The position numbers and the translations under genes were made by a program. A DNA stretch of 64,000 nt, from positions 7,052-71,051 of the forward strand of contig CAYHCB010000003.1 in the NCBI GenBank assembly GCA_964355275.1, given 5' to 3'. Under the pieces are notes generated by a model. It was given only the letters and a program-made list of their open reading frames with translations. It did not search any database and was not told the DNA's origin. Source of the DNA: an uncultured Gammaproteobacteria bacterium. GTDB taxonomy: Bacteria; Patescibacteriota; Patescibacteriia; Patescibacteriales; UBA12465. The stretch's first letter is position 1. Each line of letters starts with the position of its first letter. Below are positions 24,556 to 34,671 of this stretch, in pieces.

Positions 24556-25620
24556 TTAAATAATTTTTTTTATTAAACGCCAATATAAATTAAAGATTGG
24601 ATTAACTAAATACTCAAGAACTGGATTATTTATTTCCTGAAATTCTATTTTACCCACAAAACTTAAAAAGATACTTTTAAAAGATTTTTTGGCTAACCCT
24701 TTATAATGCTTACGGTTATTAAAAATAAGTTGCCAGGCAGTTGGTGTAAAAAAGTAGGCGGTAACTTTTAATTTTGTAGTAAACCAACCGTTTATAACAC
24801 TAAAGAAAGCCATGCCCAAACTCATTATTAATAAAGTTGGTAAAAGCAAAATAATAAGTAAAGCTGGGTAAAAAGAATAAAAACTTATTATTCTATTGCG
24901 CTCCATATAATAAAGCATGCCGATACTGCGCTCAAACTCATACTTATGCCACACTAAAGACTTGGGCGCCAAAACAATTAAATAATCAGCTAATTTAGTT
25001 TTAAGACTAATATCTAAATCGTCGTGATACATAAAATAATCTTCATTATAACCGCCAATTTCTTTAAAAATCTCCTGACGAATTATAAATGAACAACCAG
25101 AAGCATAGCCTATTTCTGGATAACTGGAATCAAAAACTATATCAGACTTTTTTATATTATATTTATTAGTAAAGCCAAAAAATAAAAAATGAATAAGATT
25201 TCCGGTGGTGTTTATTCGGGGATTTAAAATATCTTCACTGTTTTTTGAATAAAGTAAGATAAGAGACTGTGCGACACCTATTCTAGGATTATTATCTAAG
25301 GCGGCTACTAGCTCGGTTAACCAATCAATAGCAAATTCTGTGTCCATATTAGCGGCCACTAAATAATCACAACCATCGGCTAACGCCTGATTCATGCCTA
25401 AGTTATTAGCGGCACAATAATTACCATCATTACGTGATAAAATAACAGCCTCTGGATAAATATTTTTTAGGTAAGTTAAAGAATCTTGACTTGAAGCATT
25501 ATCAATAATATAAACCTTAAAGTTTAAGTAATTTTGGCAACGCAAAGAATCGCGACAAGCATTTAAATACTTATTCGCATATTCCTTATAATTTACTAAA
25601 ATAATACCAACTTTTTTCAT
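24556..25620 (-). CDS. Glycosyltransferase family 2 with C-terminal transmembrane region
   Basis: 354 aa with VGIILVNYKE...IIDNASSQDS...NLGMNQA...FMYHDDLDIS, followed by 2-3 hydrophobic helices. Confidence 0.85.
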   Translation of the reverse strand: MKKVGIILVNYKEYANKYLNACRDSLRCQNYLNFKVYIIDNASSQDSLTYLKNIYPEAVILSRNDGNYCAANNLGMNQALADGCDYLVAANMDTEFAIDWLTELVAALDNNPRIGVAQSLILLYSKNSEDILNPRINTTGNLIHFLFFGFTNKYNIKKSDIVFDSSYPEIGYASGCSFIIRQEIFKEIGGYNEDYFMYHDDLDISLKTKLADYLIVLAPKSLVWHKYEFERSIGMLYYMERNRIISFYSFYPALLIILLLPTLLIMSLGMAFFSVINGWFTTKLKVTAYFFTPTAWQLIFNNRKHYKGLAKKSFKSIFLSFVGKIEFQEINNPVLEYLVNPIFNLYWRLIKKII

Positions 25621-25621
25621 A

Positions 25622-26473
25622 CTATTTTTTTAACAATAAGCTGATGATAAAATTAACTACTAACCAAACATTTTTTAAAATTATATATTGCCAATTGGGT
25701 TGCCACTTCTTAAAATATTTAAGCATTGATTCTTCAAAATACTTTTGTTTAGTATTACGACTTACCTGAGAAAAACTAGCCCCCACATAATCTAAACAGG
25801 TGGCCATTGGACTATACCAAACTTCTCCACCGTTTTGATAAACCTGACGGCAAAAATCAACCTCCTCAAACCAAATAAAGTATCTTTCATCTAAAAGAGG
25901 CAAATCTTTACCGGAGATACTAGCCCAAACATTTTTATTTATTAAAAAGAAGGCACCTCGGATTGAATCAACCTTTAACTCTTTTTCGTAATTAAAATTA
26001 TTGCAAAGGTAAGTATTTAAAACACCGGGGAAAAGATGTGGTAATTTTAATGCCACCATCAATTGATCGAAAAGTGTCGGAAAGCGACGAATTTGTTTAA
26101 CAATTTCCAAATTTTCATTAACTAGCTTAAACCCACTAACTACTGCTTGCTGATTATTTTTAGCCCAAGTAATAGTTTTAAATAAAGTGTCAGGATTAAC
26201 CAACATATCAGGATTAAGTAAGAGAATATAATCCCCTTGAGAAATTTTTATCGCTTGATTATTAGCTTTAGCAAAACCAAAATTTTCTAAGTTATTTATT
26301 AATTTTACTGTTGGAAAATTATCTTTAATTAGTTCTACAGTGCCGTCAGCCGAATTATTATCAACTACTAAAATTTCGTAAGAAAAATCACCAACTGAGG
26401 CATTTAGGGCTTCCAAATTGGCGCGCAATTTATCTTTTACTTTCCAAGATACAATTACAACAGATAAATCCAT
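25622..26473 (-). CDS. Glycosyltransferase family 2
   Basis: 283 aa with LSVVIVSWKV...VVDNNSADGT...GFAKANNQAI...LLNPDMLV...FIWFEEVDFC. Confidence 0.85.
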   Translation of the reverse strand: MDLSVVIVSWKVKDKLRANLEALNASVGDFSYEILVVDNNSADGTVELIKDNFPTVKLINNLENFGFAKANNQAIKISQGDYILLLNPDMLVNPDTLFKTITWAKNNQQAVVSGFKLVNENLEIVKQIRRFPTLFDQLMVALKLPHLFPGVLNTYLCNNFNYEKELKVDSIRGAFFLINKNVWASISGKDLPLLDERYFIWFEEVDFCRQVYQNGGEVWYSPMATCLDYVGASFSQVSRNTKQKYFEESMLKYFKKWQPNWQYIILKNVWLVVNFIISLLLKK

Positions 26474-26474
26474 A

Positions 26475-26741
26475 TTATTTAATTATCTTTATTAATTTAT
26501 TTTTTTCACGCGAGCCAGAAATTATCACAAATCTATTTCTTAAGATTTTAAGTTCTTTGGCTAAAAATTTTATAAGCTCAGTGTTAGCCTTCCCTTTTTC
26601 AGGAACGCCAGAAACCGCTATTTTGTAAACATCGCCTAGCATCACTTCTATAAGCTCCGTTTTAGCACTACCTGGTAAAACCTTAACGGCCAAATAAGCC
26701 TCTCCTTTATCATCTAATTGGTCTTTTATTTTTTCCCACAT
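26475..26741 (-). CDS. DUF167 (YggU/UPF0235) family protein
   Basis: 88 aa. The pattern LAVKVLPGSAKTELIEV...VSGVPEKGKANTELIKFLAKEL is typical of DUF167. It lies 1 nt upstream of the GT2 genes. Confidence 0.7.
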   Translation of the reverse strand: MWEKIKDQLDDKGEAYLAVKVLPGSAKTELIEVMLGDVYKIAVSGVPEKGKANTELIKFLAKELKILRNRFVIISGSREKNKLIKIIK

Positions 26742-26915
26742 ATTACTTATAGTTTAGCCTCTTTTTGCCTGAAAATCAACTTAATAATTTACCGCTAAAC
26801 ATAACAAAATAGCGACTTTTAGTCAACGTTTTAAAATATCATGAAATGGCCTATACTTAAATTAAATAATTCTTTATTAAATAAAAAATTGGTAAAAAAA
26901 GCTAATTTTAATTTT

Positions 26916-27407
26916 ATGAGCGAAGAAAAAATCTCGCGTCCCTCCTGGGATGAATATTTTAGTCATATTGCTAATCTAGCCGGAGAAAGAGGAACTTGTG
27001 ACCGCGGTCACTGTGGTGCCATAATTACTAAAGATAAACGAATAGTAACCACCGGTTATGCTGGTTCCCCGGTTGGCACTGCGCACTGCGACGAAGTTGG
27101 TCATGAAATGCATACCGTCACCAATGAAGACGGTACTCAAAGTAAGCACTGCATTAGAACTACTCATGCCGAGCAAAATGCTATTTGCCAGGCAGCTCGC
27201 TTTGGAATTTCTTTAGACGGTGGTACTTTATACACCAAAATGGCCCCCTGCTACACTTGTGCTAAAATGATTATTAACTCTGGTATTAAACGAGTTGTTT
27301 GTATTCAAGATTATCATGCGTCATCTAGAAGTCAGGAAATATTTAAAGAAGCGGGTGTAGATTTTGTTCTGTTAAATGACAAAATGACAGAATATGAAAA
27401 TATGTAA
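26916..27407 (+). CDS. dCMP deaminase (cytidine/deoxycytidylate deaminase zinc-binding family)
   Basis: Zinc motifs HAEQNAI and PCYTCAKMI, plus N-terminal RPSWDEYF typical of ComEB-type dCMP deaminases. I prefer the start at 26916 (MSEEKISRPSWDEYF) over the track start at 26841. Confidence 0.9.
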   Translation: MSEEKISRPSWDEYFSHIANLAGERGTCDRGHCGAIITKDKRIVTTGYAGSPVGTAHCDEVGHEMHTVTNEDGTQSKHCIRTTHAEQNAICQAARFGISLDGGTLYTKMAPCYTCAKMIINSGIKRVVCIQDYHASSRSQEIFKEAGVDFVLLNDKMTEYENM

Positions 27408-27483
27408 AATTATTTGACTATTGCCATTTTTATGCTAATATAATGGCAGTTTCTTAACACTATTCACTTCTAAAAATAAACAT

Positions 27484-28278
27484 ATGAAGCAGTATCTAGA
27501 TTTGCTTACCGATGTGATGGAAAATGGAGCTAATAAAGGCGATCGTACAGGAACCGGGACCCGTAGTGTGTTTGGCCGTCAAGTTCGCTTTGATTTAAAT
27601 AAAGGTTTTCCTGCTCTCACCACTAAAAAATTACACCTAAAATCTGTCATCTATGAATTGCTTTGGTTTTTACGAGGTGATTCTAACATTAAATATTTAA
27701 ATGACAACGGAGTCTCTATCTGGAATGAGTGGGCTGACGTTAATGGCGAATTAGGCCCCGTTTACGGAGTTCAGTGGCGCTCTTGGCCAACACCAGACGG
27801 CAGACATATCGATCAAATAAGTGAGCTTATCGATATGATCAAAAAAAACCCTAACTCGCGACGCTTAATTGTTTCTGCTTGGAATGTGGCCGAAATAAAT
27901 AACATGAAATTACCACCTTGTCATTGTCTGTTTCAATTCTACGTCGCCGATGGCAAATTATCCTGCCAACTTTACCAAAGAAGTTGTGATTTGTTTCTGG
28001 GAGTCCCATTTAACATCGCTTCTTATGCTTTACTGACTATGATGATTGCCCAGGTTTGTAACCTGAAACTGGGTGAATTTGTTCATACTTTTGGTGATTT
28101 ACATATTTATAATAATCACTTTGAGCAAGTACAAAAACAATTATCCAGAGAGCCTAAAGAACTGCCCATAATGAAAATTAATCCAGAAGTTAAGGATATA
28201 TTTTCATTTAAGTATGAAGATTTTGAACTTAACGGTTATGATCCACATCCGGGTATTAAAGCTCCGATTGCTATTTAA
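27484..28278 (+). CDS. thyA: Thymidylate synthase (ThyA type)
   Basis: 264 aa. MKQYLDLL...[17 protein letters not shown], the catalytic Cys in [28 protein letters not shown], and C-terminal APIAI. Confidence 0.97.
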   Translation: MKQYLDLLTDVMENGANKGDRTGTGTRSVFGRQVRFDLNKGFPALTTKKLHLKSVIYELLWFLRGDSNIKYLNDNGVSIWNEWADVNGELGPVYGVQWRSWPTPDGRHIDQISELIDMIKKNPNSRRLIVSAWNVAEINNMKLPPCHCLFQFYVADGKLSCQLYQRSCDLFLGVPFNIASYALLTMMIAQVCNLKLGEFVHTFGDLHIYNNHFEQVQKQLSREPKELPIMKINPEVKDIFSFKYEDFELNGYDPHPGIKAPIAI

Positions 28279-28322
28279 AACGAATAAGCCACTCGATAAA
28301 AAGAGGGGCTTTTCTTATAACT

Positions 28323-28829
28323 ATGATACCAGTTACTCTAATGATGGCAATTTCCGCTGACGGAAAAATTGCTAAAGATAAAAATCAACTAGCCAATTGG
28401 ACTAGCCCGGAAGATAAAAAAATATTTGTAGCCGAATCAAAAAAACACGGCGTGGTTATGATGGGCGAAAATACTTTTAACACTTTTCCTTCTCCATTAC
28501 CAAAAAGACTTAATGTAGTTTTTTCTGAAAATCCTAAACCAAACAAAGACAACGTTAAATATGTCAGTGGCGAACCACAAAAAGTTTTAGAAGAACTACA
28601 AAGTATGGGATACACTTCTGCTTTGCTTGGTGGGGGTTGTTATCTTAATTCCCTGTTTTTAAAAAATAAGTTAATATCAGAAATAATACTAACAGTAGAG
28701 CCAATTATTTTTGGCAACGGACTGCCTTTATTTGATATAGAAGCTGAAGCTTTTTTAGAACTAAAAACTTTAGAAAAATTGAATAACCATACTTTTGTTA
28801 TAAAATATCAGGTAAAATACTCTAAATAA
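28323..28829 (+). CDS. Dihydrofolate reductase-like protein (RibD C-terminal domain type)
   Basis: 168 aa. The pattern is MAISADGKIA...WTSPEDKKIF...VVMMGENTF...LLGGGCYLNSLF. Its position directly after thyA supports a DHFR role by inference. Confidence 0.7.
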   Translation: MIPVTLMMAISADGKIAKDKNQLANWTSPEDKKIFVAESKKHGVVMMGENTFNTFPSPLPKRLNVVFSENPKPNKDNVKYVSGEPQKVLEELQSMGYTSALLGGGCYLNSLFLKNKLISEIILTVEPIIFGNGLPLFDIEAEAFLELKTLEKLNNHTFVIKYQVKYSK

Positions 28830-28830
28830 C

Positions 28831-29391
28831 ATGAACAAAAAAATAATCATCAGTTTTACCGGCTTAATGGCCAGCGGTAAAGACGAGGCCAAAAAATATT
28901 TAGCTGAAAAATATAGTGCTAAAAGTTTTCGTTTTTCTACGATTATGCGCGATATTTTAAAAAGAATTAATATCGAAATTAGTCGCTATAATTTATCAGC
29001 TGTTTCTCTGTGTTTGCGTCAGACTTTTGGCGAAGACTTGTTTGCCAAGGTAATAGCTAATGACGTCAGTGAAGCTGAAAGTAATATTGTAGTTGTTGAT
29101 GGGGTTCGTCGTTTAGCGGATATACTTCATCTTTCTAAATTAGAAGATTTTTATTTGGTGGCAATTGAAGCTGAACCCAAAATACGATATGAAAGAATGA
29201 TTAAAAGAGGCGAAAACGTTGGTGAATCCGAAAAAACTTATGAGCAGTTTTTAGCTGATCATCAAACCGAAACAGAGTTAACAATTCCTGAGGTAATGTC
29301 TAAGGCTGATTTTAAAATCAATAATGATGGTGATTTTGCTAATTTGCATCAACAAATTGACAAAATAGTAAGTAAGATACAAAATAACTAA
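28831..29391 (+). CDS. P-loop nucleotide kinase, dNMP-kinase-like (tentative)
   Basis: 186 aa with P-loop FTGLMASGKDEA. The SGKD type resembles T4-type dNMP kinases as I remember them. Starts 1 nt after the DHFR-like gene. Confidence 0.5.
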   Translation: MNKKIIISFTGLMASGKDEAKKYLAEKYSAKSFRFSTIMRDILKRINIEISRYNLSAVSLCLRQTFGEDLFAKVIANDVSEAESNIVVVDGVRRLADILHLSKLEDFYLVAIEAEPKIRYERMIKRGENVGESEKTYEQFLADHQTETELTIPEVMSKADFKINNDGDFANLHQQIDKIVSKIQNN

Positions 29392-29459
29392 GAATCATTT
29401 AAAAGCTAAAAATTGAGCTACGGAATATTTTAATTTCGCGCTCTTTTTTGTAAAGTACA

Positions 29460-30770
29460 ATGTCCAACAACTTAGGAAAATTTATTGTAATCGACGGCAC
29501 TGACGGGTCTGGCAAGACTACGCAGTTTAATTTATTAGTTGATAGATTAAAAGCTGAGGGTTTTTTAGTTGAGGTAGCTGATTTTCCTCAGTACAATACT
29601 AAATCAGCTGGCATAGTAGAAGAATATTTATCAGGAAAATATGGCAGCGCTAATGAAGTAACGCCATACCAATCCTCGATTTTTTACGCCGTTGATAGAT
29701 ATGACGCTAGTTTTAAAATTAGACAATGGCTAAAAGAAGGAAAAATAGTTGTCGCTAACCGTTATGTGTCTGCTAACATGGGCCATCAAGGTGGAAAAAT
29801 TAGCAACCCTTTAGAACGAAAAGTTTTTTTCAATTGGCTATATGAGCTTGAATACAAACTTTTAAATATTCCCAAACCAGATTTATCACTAATTTTACAC
29901 GTTGAAGCGGAAATTGCTCAAAAATTAGCAACTAATCGTCATCGTGAGGATTGGACTGGCAAAACTAGAGATATTCATGAAGAAAATTTAGATCACCTAC
30001 AAAAAGCCGAGCAAATATATTTAGAAATAGCCAAAACATTTCCCGATTTTAAATTAATAAAATGTACTCGAGAAGGTGAAATTTTAGATCGTGAAGAGAT
30101 TCATCATTTAATCTGGATTTATGCTAATCAAGTAATCGGCGGCAAGGGCGGAAAAACGGCTAGCGGTTTTAGAGCAATTTCAGAAATAATTAGCAAAAAT
30201 ACACAAATTATAAATAATAAAGATTTGTTATTTAAAAAAGAAGAGGGGTCAACTTTCCAACCAGATGCCGCTATTTATGAGGCTATACCACAAAATGAGT
30301 CAGAAGAAGAAATAAAACTAGAAGAAGTAAATAATCAAACAGAAATAATAAAAATAAAAATAGAGAAAATAATTGAAACAGCAAAAATACCAACTAGAGC
30401 TCACCCCAGCGATGCCGGTTTAGATCTTTATGCTTTAGGTGATTACTCTATTGCTCCATATCAACAAGCCCTAATTTCTACTGGCATTAAAATGGCAATT
30501 ACTGCTGGTTATGTTGGTTTGATTTGGGATAAAAGCAGTTTAGCTAGCCAGGGATATAAAACTATGGGTGGCGTAATCGACTCTGGTTATCGTGGTGAAA
30601 TAAAAATAATATTAAAAAATTTAAGTGAGGATATGTATAATGTAGTTAGTGGTCAAAAAATTGCTCAAATACTTATTCAAAAAATAGAAACACCAGAAAT
30701 TGAAGAGGGTCCACTTGAAGACCAAACCAATAGACAGGCTGGCGGATTCGGCAGTAGTGGCGAATTTTAA
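29460..30770 (+). CDS. tmk/dut: Fusion protein: thymidylate kinase (N-terminal) plus dUTPase (C-terminal)
   Basis: 436 aa. The Tmk part has FIVIDGTDGSGKTTQ, AVDRYDAS and ANRYVSANMGHQ. An acidic linker of about 80 aa follows. The Dut part has AHPSDAGLDLYA, GVIDSGYRGEIKIILKN, QKIAQILIQK and GGFGSSG. Confidence 0.9.
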   Translation: MSNNLGKFIVIDGTDGSGKTTQFNLLVDRLKAEGFLVEVADFPQYNTKSAGIVEEYLSGKYGSANEVTPYQSSIFYAVDRYDASFKIRQWLKEGKIVVANRYVSANMGHQGGKISNPLERKVFFNWLYELEYKLLNIPKPDLSLILHVEAEIAQKLATNRHREDWTGKTRDIHEENLDHLQKAEQIYLEIAKTFPDFKLIKCTREGEILDREEIHHLIWIYANQVIGGKGGKTASGFRAISEIISKNTQIINNKDLLFKKEEGSTFQPDAAIYEAIPQNESEEEIKLEEVNNQTEIIKIKIEKIIETAKIPTRAHPSDAGLDLYALGDYSIAPYQQALISTGIKMAITAGYVGLIWDKSSLASQGYKTMGGVIDSGYRGEIKIILKNLSEDMYNVVSGQKIAQILIQKIETPEIEEGPLEDQTNRQAGGFGSSGEF

Positions 30771-30786
30771 ATTAAAAAAACAATAT

Positions 30787-30815
30787 AAAAGAAGTTAATT
30801 GCTTCTTTTTTGTTT
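30787..30815 (+). terminator. Rho-independent terminator after tmk-dut
   Basis: AAAAGAAG-ttaattg-CTTCTTTT followed by ttgtttt. Confidence 0.55.
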
Positions 30816-30884
30816 TACCGCGAAAACTGTTAAAAATTTAAAGCCTCTTCCCTACACCTCATTTTTCCTATAAAATTAAGGCAT

Positions 30885-32393
30885 ATGAAATATGATGTTA
30901 TAATTGGCCTGGAAATCCACGCCGAAATAAAAACTAAAAGTAAAATGTTCTGTTCCTGTGATAATAACAGTGACGACAAGGCAGCAAACACCACTGTCTG
31001 CCCGATTTGCTTAGGCCACCCAGGAACTTTACCAGTGCCTAACAAAAGAGCGATAGAACTGGTTATTTTAGCTGGATTAGCGACTCACTGTACTATTAAT
31101 AGAATTTCTAAATTTGACCGTAAAAACTACTTTTATCCAGATCTTCCTAAAGGTTATCAAATTTCCCAATATGATCTACCTTTGTGCTACAACGGATATT
31201 TAGAAATAGACGGCGAAGAGGTGTTGATTACCCGCATCCACTTAGAAGAAGACACCGGTAAGTCTATCCACCCTAAAGATGCTGATCATACTCTTTTAGA
31301 TTTTAACCGGGCCGGAACACCTTTACTCGAAATGGTTACCGAACCAGTTATTAAAAGTGCTGAAGAAGCTAAAAAATTCGGCCAGAAATTCCAGCAAATT
31401 TTGCGTTATTTAGATGTTTCTAATGCTGATATGGAAAAAGGAGAAATGCGGGTTGAAGCAAATATTAGTTTGCAGTTACAGGGGCAATGGGAATATAAAG
31501 ACAAAATGATTATTCCTTTAAATAATTATAAGTTAAATAATAAGGTAGAAGTAAAAAATATAAACTCTTTTAGATCATTAGAAAAAGCTATAAAATTTGA
31601 AATTGATAGACAAACACTCGCTCTAGATAATGGTGAAGAAATTATTGCCGAAACTAGAGGCTGGGATGATTCAAAAAATATCACAAAAGGCCAGCGCGTT
31701 AAAGAAACGGCAGCTGATTATCGTTATTTTCCAGAACCAGATATACCACCACTAAGTATTAGTGATGATATGATTGCTCAGATAGCTGAAGAAATTGGCG
31801 AAATGCCAGAAGAAAAAAGCGTCAGATTTGCTTTACAGTATGGTTTTAAGAAGGACTTAGCGGAGGTAATTACTTATGATAAAAATTTAGCTAATTGGAC
31901 AGAGCAAGTAATTTCTGAACTGGGCGCTTGGATTACTACTCAAGGAGATTCTTACGAACGCCAAGATAAAAAATTAGCGATAACGGCTGGAAATTTAATT
32001 GCTGGGGAATTACTTAAACATCTTAATGCTGATCATAAAAAAATTAATGATTTACATATCACCCCAGAAAATTTTGCTGAACTTGTTTGCTTAATTTATC
32101 AAGGAAAAATTAACTCTAGTGCCGGACAAACAATCCTACAAGTTATGTACGAAAAAGGAGGCGACCCGAGTGATATTTTAAGTGAATTAGGTTTAGAACA
32201 AATTGATGATGAGGGAGAATTAACCAAAGCAATTAAAAATATTATCAAAAATAACCCTCTGCAAGCAGCGGAATATAAAGCAGGAAAAACGCCACTTATC
32301 CAATTCTTCGTTGGCAAAGTAATGGCCGAGACTAAAGGAAAAGCGAACCCGGAAATAGTGAAAGATTTACTGGAAAAATTATTAATCAGTTAA
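30885..32393 (+). CDS. gatB: Asp/Glu-tRNA amidotransferase subunit B
   Basis: 502 aa. YDVIIGLEIHAEIKT, CPICLGHPGTLP, KNYFYPDLPKGYQISQ, IHLEEDTGK and the C-terminal YqeY-like tail. No gatA or gatC adjacent. Confidence 0.95.
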   Translation: MKYDVIIGLEIHAEIKTKSKMFCSCDNNSDDKAANTTVCPICLGHPGTLPVPNKRAIELVILAGLATHCTINRISKFDRKNYFYPDLPKGYQISQYDLPLCYNGYLEIDGEEVLITRIHLEEDTGKSIHPKDADHTLLDFNRAGTPLLEMVTEPVIKSAEEAKKFGQKFQQILRYLDVSNADMEKGEMRVEANISLQLQGQWEYKDKMIIPLNNYKLNNKVEVKNINSFRSLEKAIKFEIDRQTLALDNGEEIIAETRGWDDSKNITKGQRVKETAADYRYFPEPDIPPLSISDDMIAQIAEEIGEMPEEKSVRFALQYGFKKDLAEVITYDKNLANWTEQVISELGAWITTQGDSYERQDKKLAITAGNLIAGELLKHLNADHKKINDLHITPENFAELVCLIYQGKINSSAGQTILQVMYEKGGDPSDILSELGLEQIDDEGELTKAIKNIIKNNPLQAAEYKAGKTPLIQFFVGKVMAETKGKANPEIVKDLLEKLLIS

Positions 32394-32421
32394 AAAAAAT
32401 CGGCTCAAAAAGCCGATTTTT
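32394..32421. terminator. Bidirectional terminator between gatB and miaA
   Basis: A-tract, ATCGGCT-caaaa-AGCCGAT, then T-tract. Confidence 0.65.
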
Positions 32422-33343
32422 AATTTAACCACGCTTTAATTGTCTTATTTGCTTCTTTTAAATTTTTTATCCAATTAATTGTTCTGCCCTGCTTTTCCCA
32501 ACGCTTAAACCAAGTTTTTTGACGCTTGGCAAAACGATAGCTAGCCAGACCTAACTTTTCGATCATCTCATCATATTCCATTTTATCTTGTAAGTACCAA
32601 CTAATATAGCGATATTCTAAACCTAAAGAATTAAGTCTAGCTAAGCTAAGACCGTTATTAATTAATCCTTCTACTTCAGCAACCATGGCTTCTTTGTCTA
32701 ATCTATCTTTTATTCGTTTAATAATTCTTATTCTCATTTCCTCATCATCTTGTCTCAAGCCTAAAATTAAAAAATCATAGGGCGCCTTTTTTTTAGGTGC
32801 TTCTTTTATTTCACCCTGGCTAGCAATTTCTAAATAACGAACTAAACGACGAGGATTATTTTTATCACTATTATTTAATTTATGAGCAAAGTCTGGTTTT
32901 TCTTTTTCTAACAAACTATACAGTTCTAAAACAGACAGTTCTTCTAATTCCTTTCGTCTTTTTAAATCTGGTGTATAGGTAGATAACTTATAACCATCTA
33001 TTATAGCCTGTAAATAAAGGCCAGTACCACCAACAATGATTGGTAAATTACCGCGAGAGAGTATTTCGGTAATTGCTTTACTGGTTAATTTTTGATACTT
33101 AGCCAAATTAAATTCTTCATCAGGATTTACAACATCAATTAAATGATAAGGAATTTTTTTGCCATTTACTATATACTCTTTCAAATCTTTACCGGTGCCA
33201 ATATCTAAGCCACGATAAACTTGACGACTATCAGCCGAAATAATTTCACCATTTAACTCTAGAGCCAATTTTACTGCGAGCGCTGTCTTGCCAGAAGCTG
33301 TTGGACCTAAAATTACTAAAATTTTTGCCTTATTTTTTTTCAC
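32420..33343 (-). CDS. miaA: tRNA dimethylallyltransferase
   Basis: 307 aa. P-loop ILGPTASGKTALAV, then ISADSRQVYRGLDIGTGK, and IIVGGTGLYLQA. Confidence 0.95.
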   Translation of the reverse strand: MKKNKAKILVILGPTASGKTALAVKLALELNGEIISADSRQVYRGLDIGTGKDLKEYIVNGKKIPYHLIDVVNPDEEFNLAKYQKLTSKAITEILSRGNLPIIVGGTGLYLQAIIDGYKLSTYTPDLKRRKELEELSVLELYSLLEKEKPDFAHKLNNSDKNNPRRLVRYLEIASQGEIKEAPKKKAPYDFLILGLRQDDEEMRIRIIKRIKDRLDKEAMVAEVEGLINNGLSLARLNSLGLEYRYISWYLQDKMEYDEMIEKLGLASYRFAKRQKTWFKRWEKQGRTINWIKNLKEANKTIKAWLN

Positions 33344-33354
33344 TTTTAAAAAAA

Positions 33355-34671
33355 TTATATTACTACAACTAATTTACCTTCAAGGCCAAAAGTTAAAGCC
33401 TTTTCTATTTTTACTTTTACAAAATGGCCAATAACATCAGCTATTTTATTTTTATCTTTACTTATAAATAAAACTGTTTTGAAACTAGAGGTTTTTCCGT
33501 ACAATTTACCTCGAGCATTTATACCATCAACCAAAACTACAACTTCTTTGCCTAAATATTTTTTATTGGCCGCTAGACTGGTCTTGGCCAATATATCCGT
33601 AATTATTTTTTCACGACTTTTCTTTTCTTCGCGAGAAACATTATCCTTCATGTTCCATGATACCGTTTCTGGTCTGGGGCTATATTGTGCAGTATATGCC
33701 ATTTCAAATTTTAAGTCTTTAAATAACTTAGCTGAATTTAGGAATTGTTTTTTTGTCTCTCCTGGAAAACCAACGATCAGATCAGTGGTAATAGCGATAT
33801 CTGGTTTAGCGGCTCTTACTTTAGAAATTAAATCACGATAATGAGCAACGGTATATTTACGATTCATTGCTTCTAACATTTTATCATCACCGGATTGAAC
33901 CGCTAAATGTAAGTGATTAGCCATTTTATCGGAAGAACCAATTATTTTAATTAGCTCATCACTCATATCTTTGGGATGACTAGAAGAAAAACGTAACCAG
34001 AAATAAGCGGGATTAGCAATTAATTTACTAATTAATTTTGGAAAATTATAAGAACCGCTTGAGTAACTATTAACATTTTGAGCAATTAAAGTAATCTCCT
34101 TATACCCTTTAGCAATAAGAGTATTAACTTCATTAATTATTTCTTCAGCGTCGCGATAAACTTCTCTGCCTCTAGCATAAGGCACCACACAGTAGGAGCA
34201 AAAATTATTACAACCATTACCAATCGGCACATAGGCCGTATAATCACTTTGATATTTAGGTTCAATCGCTAAATATTTTTCACCGCTAAGTTCTCGCACC
34301 TCATCTAGACTTAAAACTTTTTCTGGTTTAGCAATTTTTAAGAGCTCAAAGATATTTGGCAGTTCATTAATTGGCATAAATAAATCAACTTTGCCAACTA
34401 AACGACGCATAACGTCTTTCCGTTTAGCCAAACAACCAGTAACTATAATTATTGCTTGATTATTTTTTTTTCTAATTTGATTAATTAAACCGTAAACCCG
34501 GTCTTCGGCTGATTGTCTAACACCACAAGTAGTTAAAATTATAATATCAGCAGACGTCCAGTCGGCTTTAGCGTGATAGTTGTGTTCTTCTAAAAAAGTA
34601 GCCACTCGTTCGCTGTCCGCTTTGTTCATTTGGCAACCAATGGTAATTAAGTGATAATATTTATTCGTCAT
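33355..34671 (-). CDS. miaB: tRNA-i6A37 methylthiotransferase (radical SAM, MiaB family)
   Basis: Has the UPF0004 domain (YHLITIGCQMN, TCGVRQSAE), the radical-SAM cluster GCNNFCSYCVVPYARG and a TRAM domain. I prefer the start at 34671 (MTNKYYHLITIGCQMN) to the track start at 34707. Confidence 0.93.
   Translation of the reverse strand: MTNKYYHLITIGCQMNKADSERVATFLEEHNYHAKADWTSADIIILTTCGVRQSAEDRVYGLINQIRKKNNQAIIIVTGCLAKRKDVMRRLVGKVDLFMPINELPNIFELLKIAKPEKVLSLDEVRELSGEKYLAIEPKYQSDYTAYVPIGNGCNNFCSYCVVPYARGREVYRDAEEIINEVNTLIAKGYKEITLIAQNVNSYSSGSYNFPKLISKLIANPAYFWLRFSSSHPKDMSDELIKIIGSSDKMANHLHLAVQSGDDKMLEAMNRKYTVAHYRDLISKVRAAKPDIAITTDLIVGFPGETKKQFLNSAKLFKDLKFEMAYTAQYSPRPETVSWNMKDNVSREEKKSREKIITDILAKTSLAANKKYLGKEVVVLVDGINARGKLYGKTSSFKTVLFISKDKNKIADVIGHFVKVKIEKALTFGLEGKLVVVI

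Noticed and set aside
33479-33841. 120-aa plus-strand ORF inside miaB
   Set aside because: It is antisense to the conserved radical-SAM/TRAM coding region, so it is a shadow ORF. The same applies to 41071..41262 and 41420..41770 (opposite mltG), 49542..49793 (atpA), 50837..51055 (atpF), 51316..51510 and 51504..51926 (atpE/atpB), 54812..55108 (dnaK) and 30830..31045 (gatB start).
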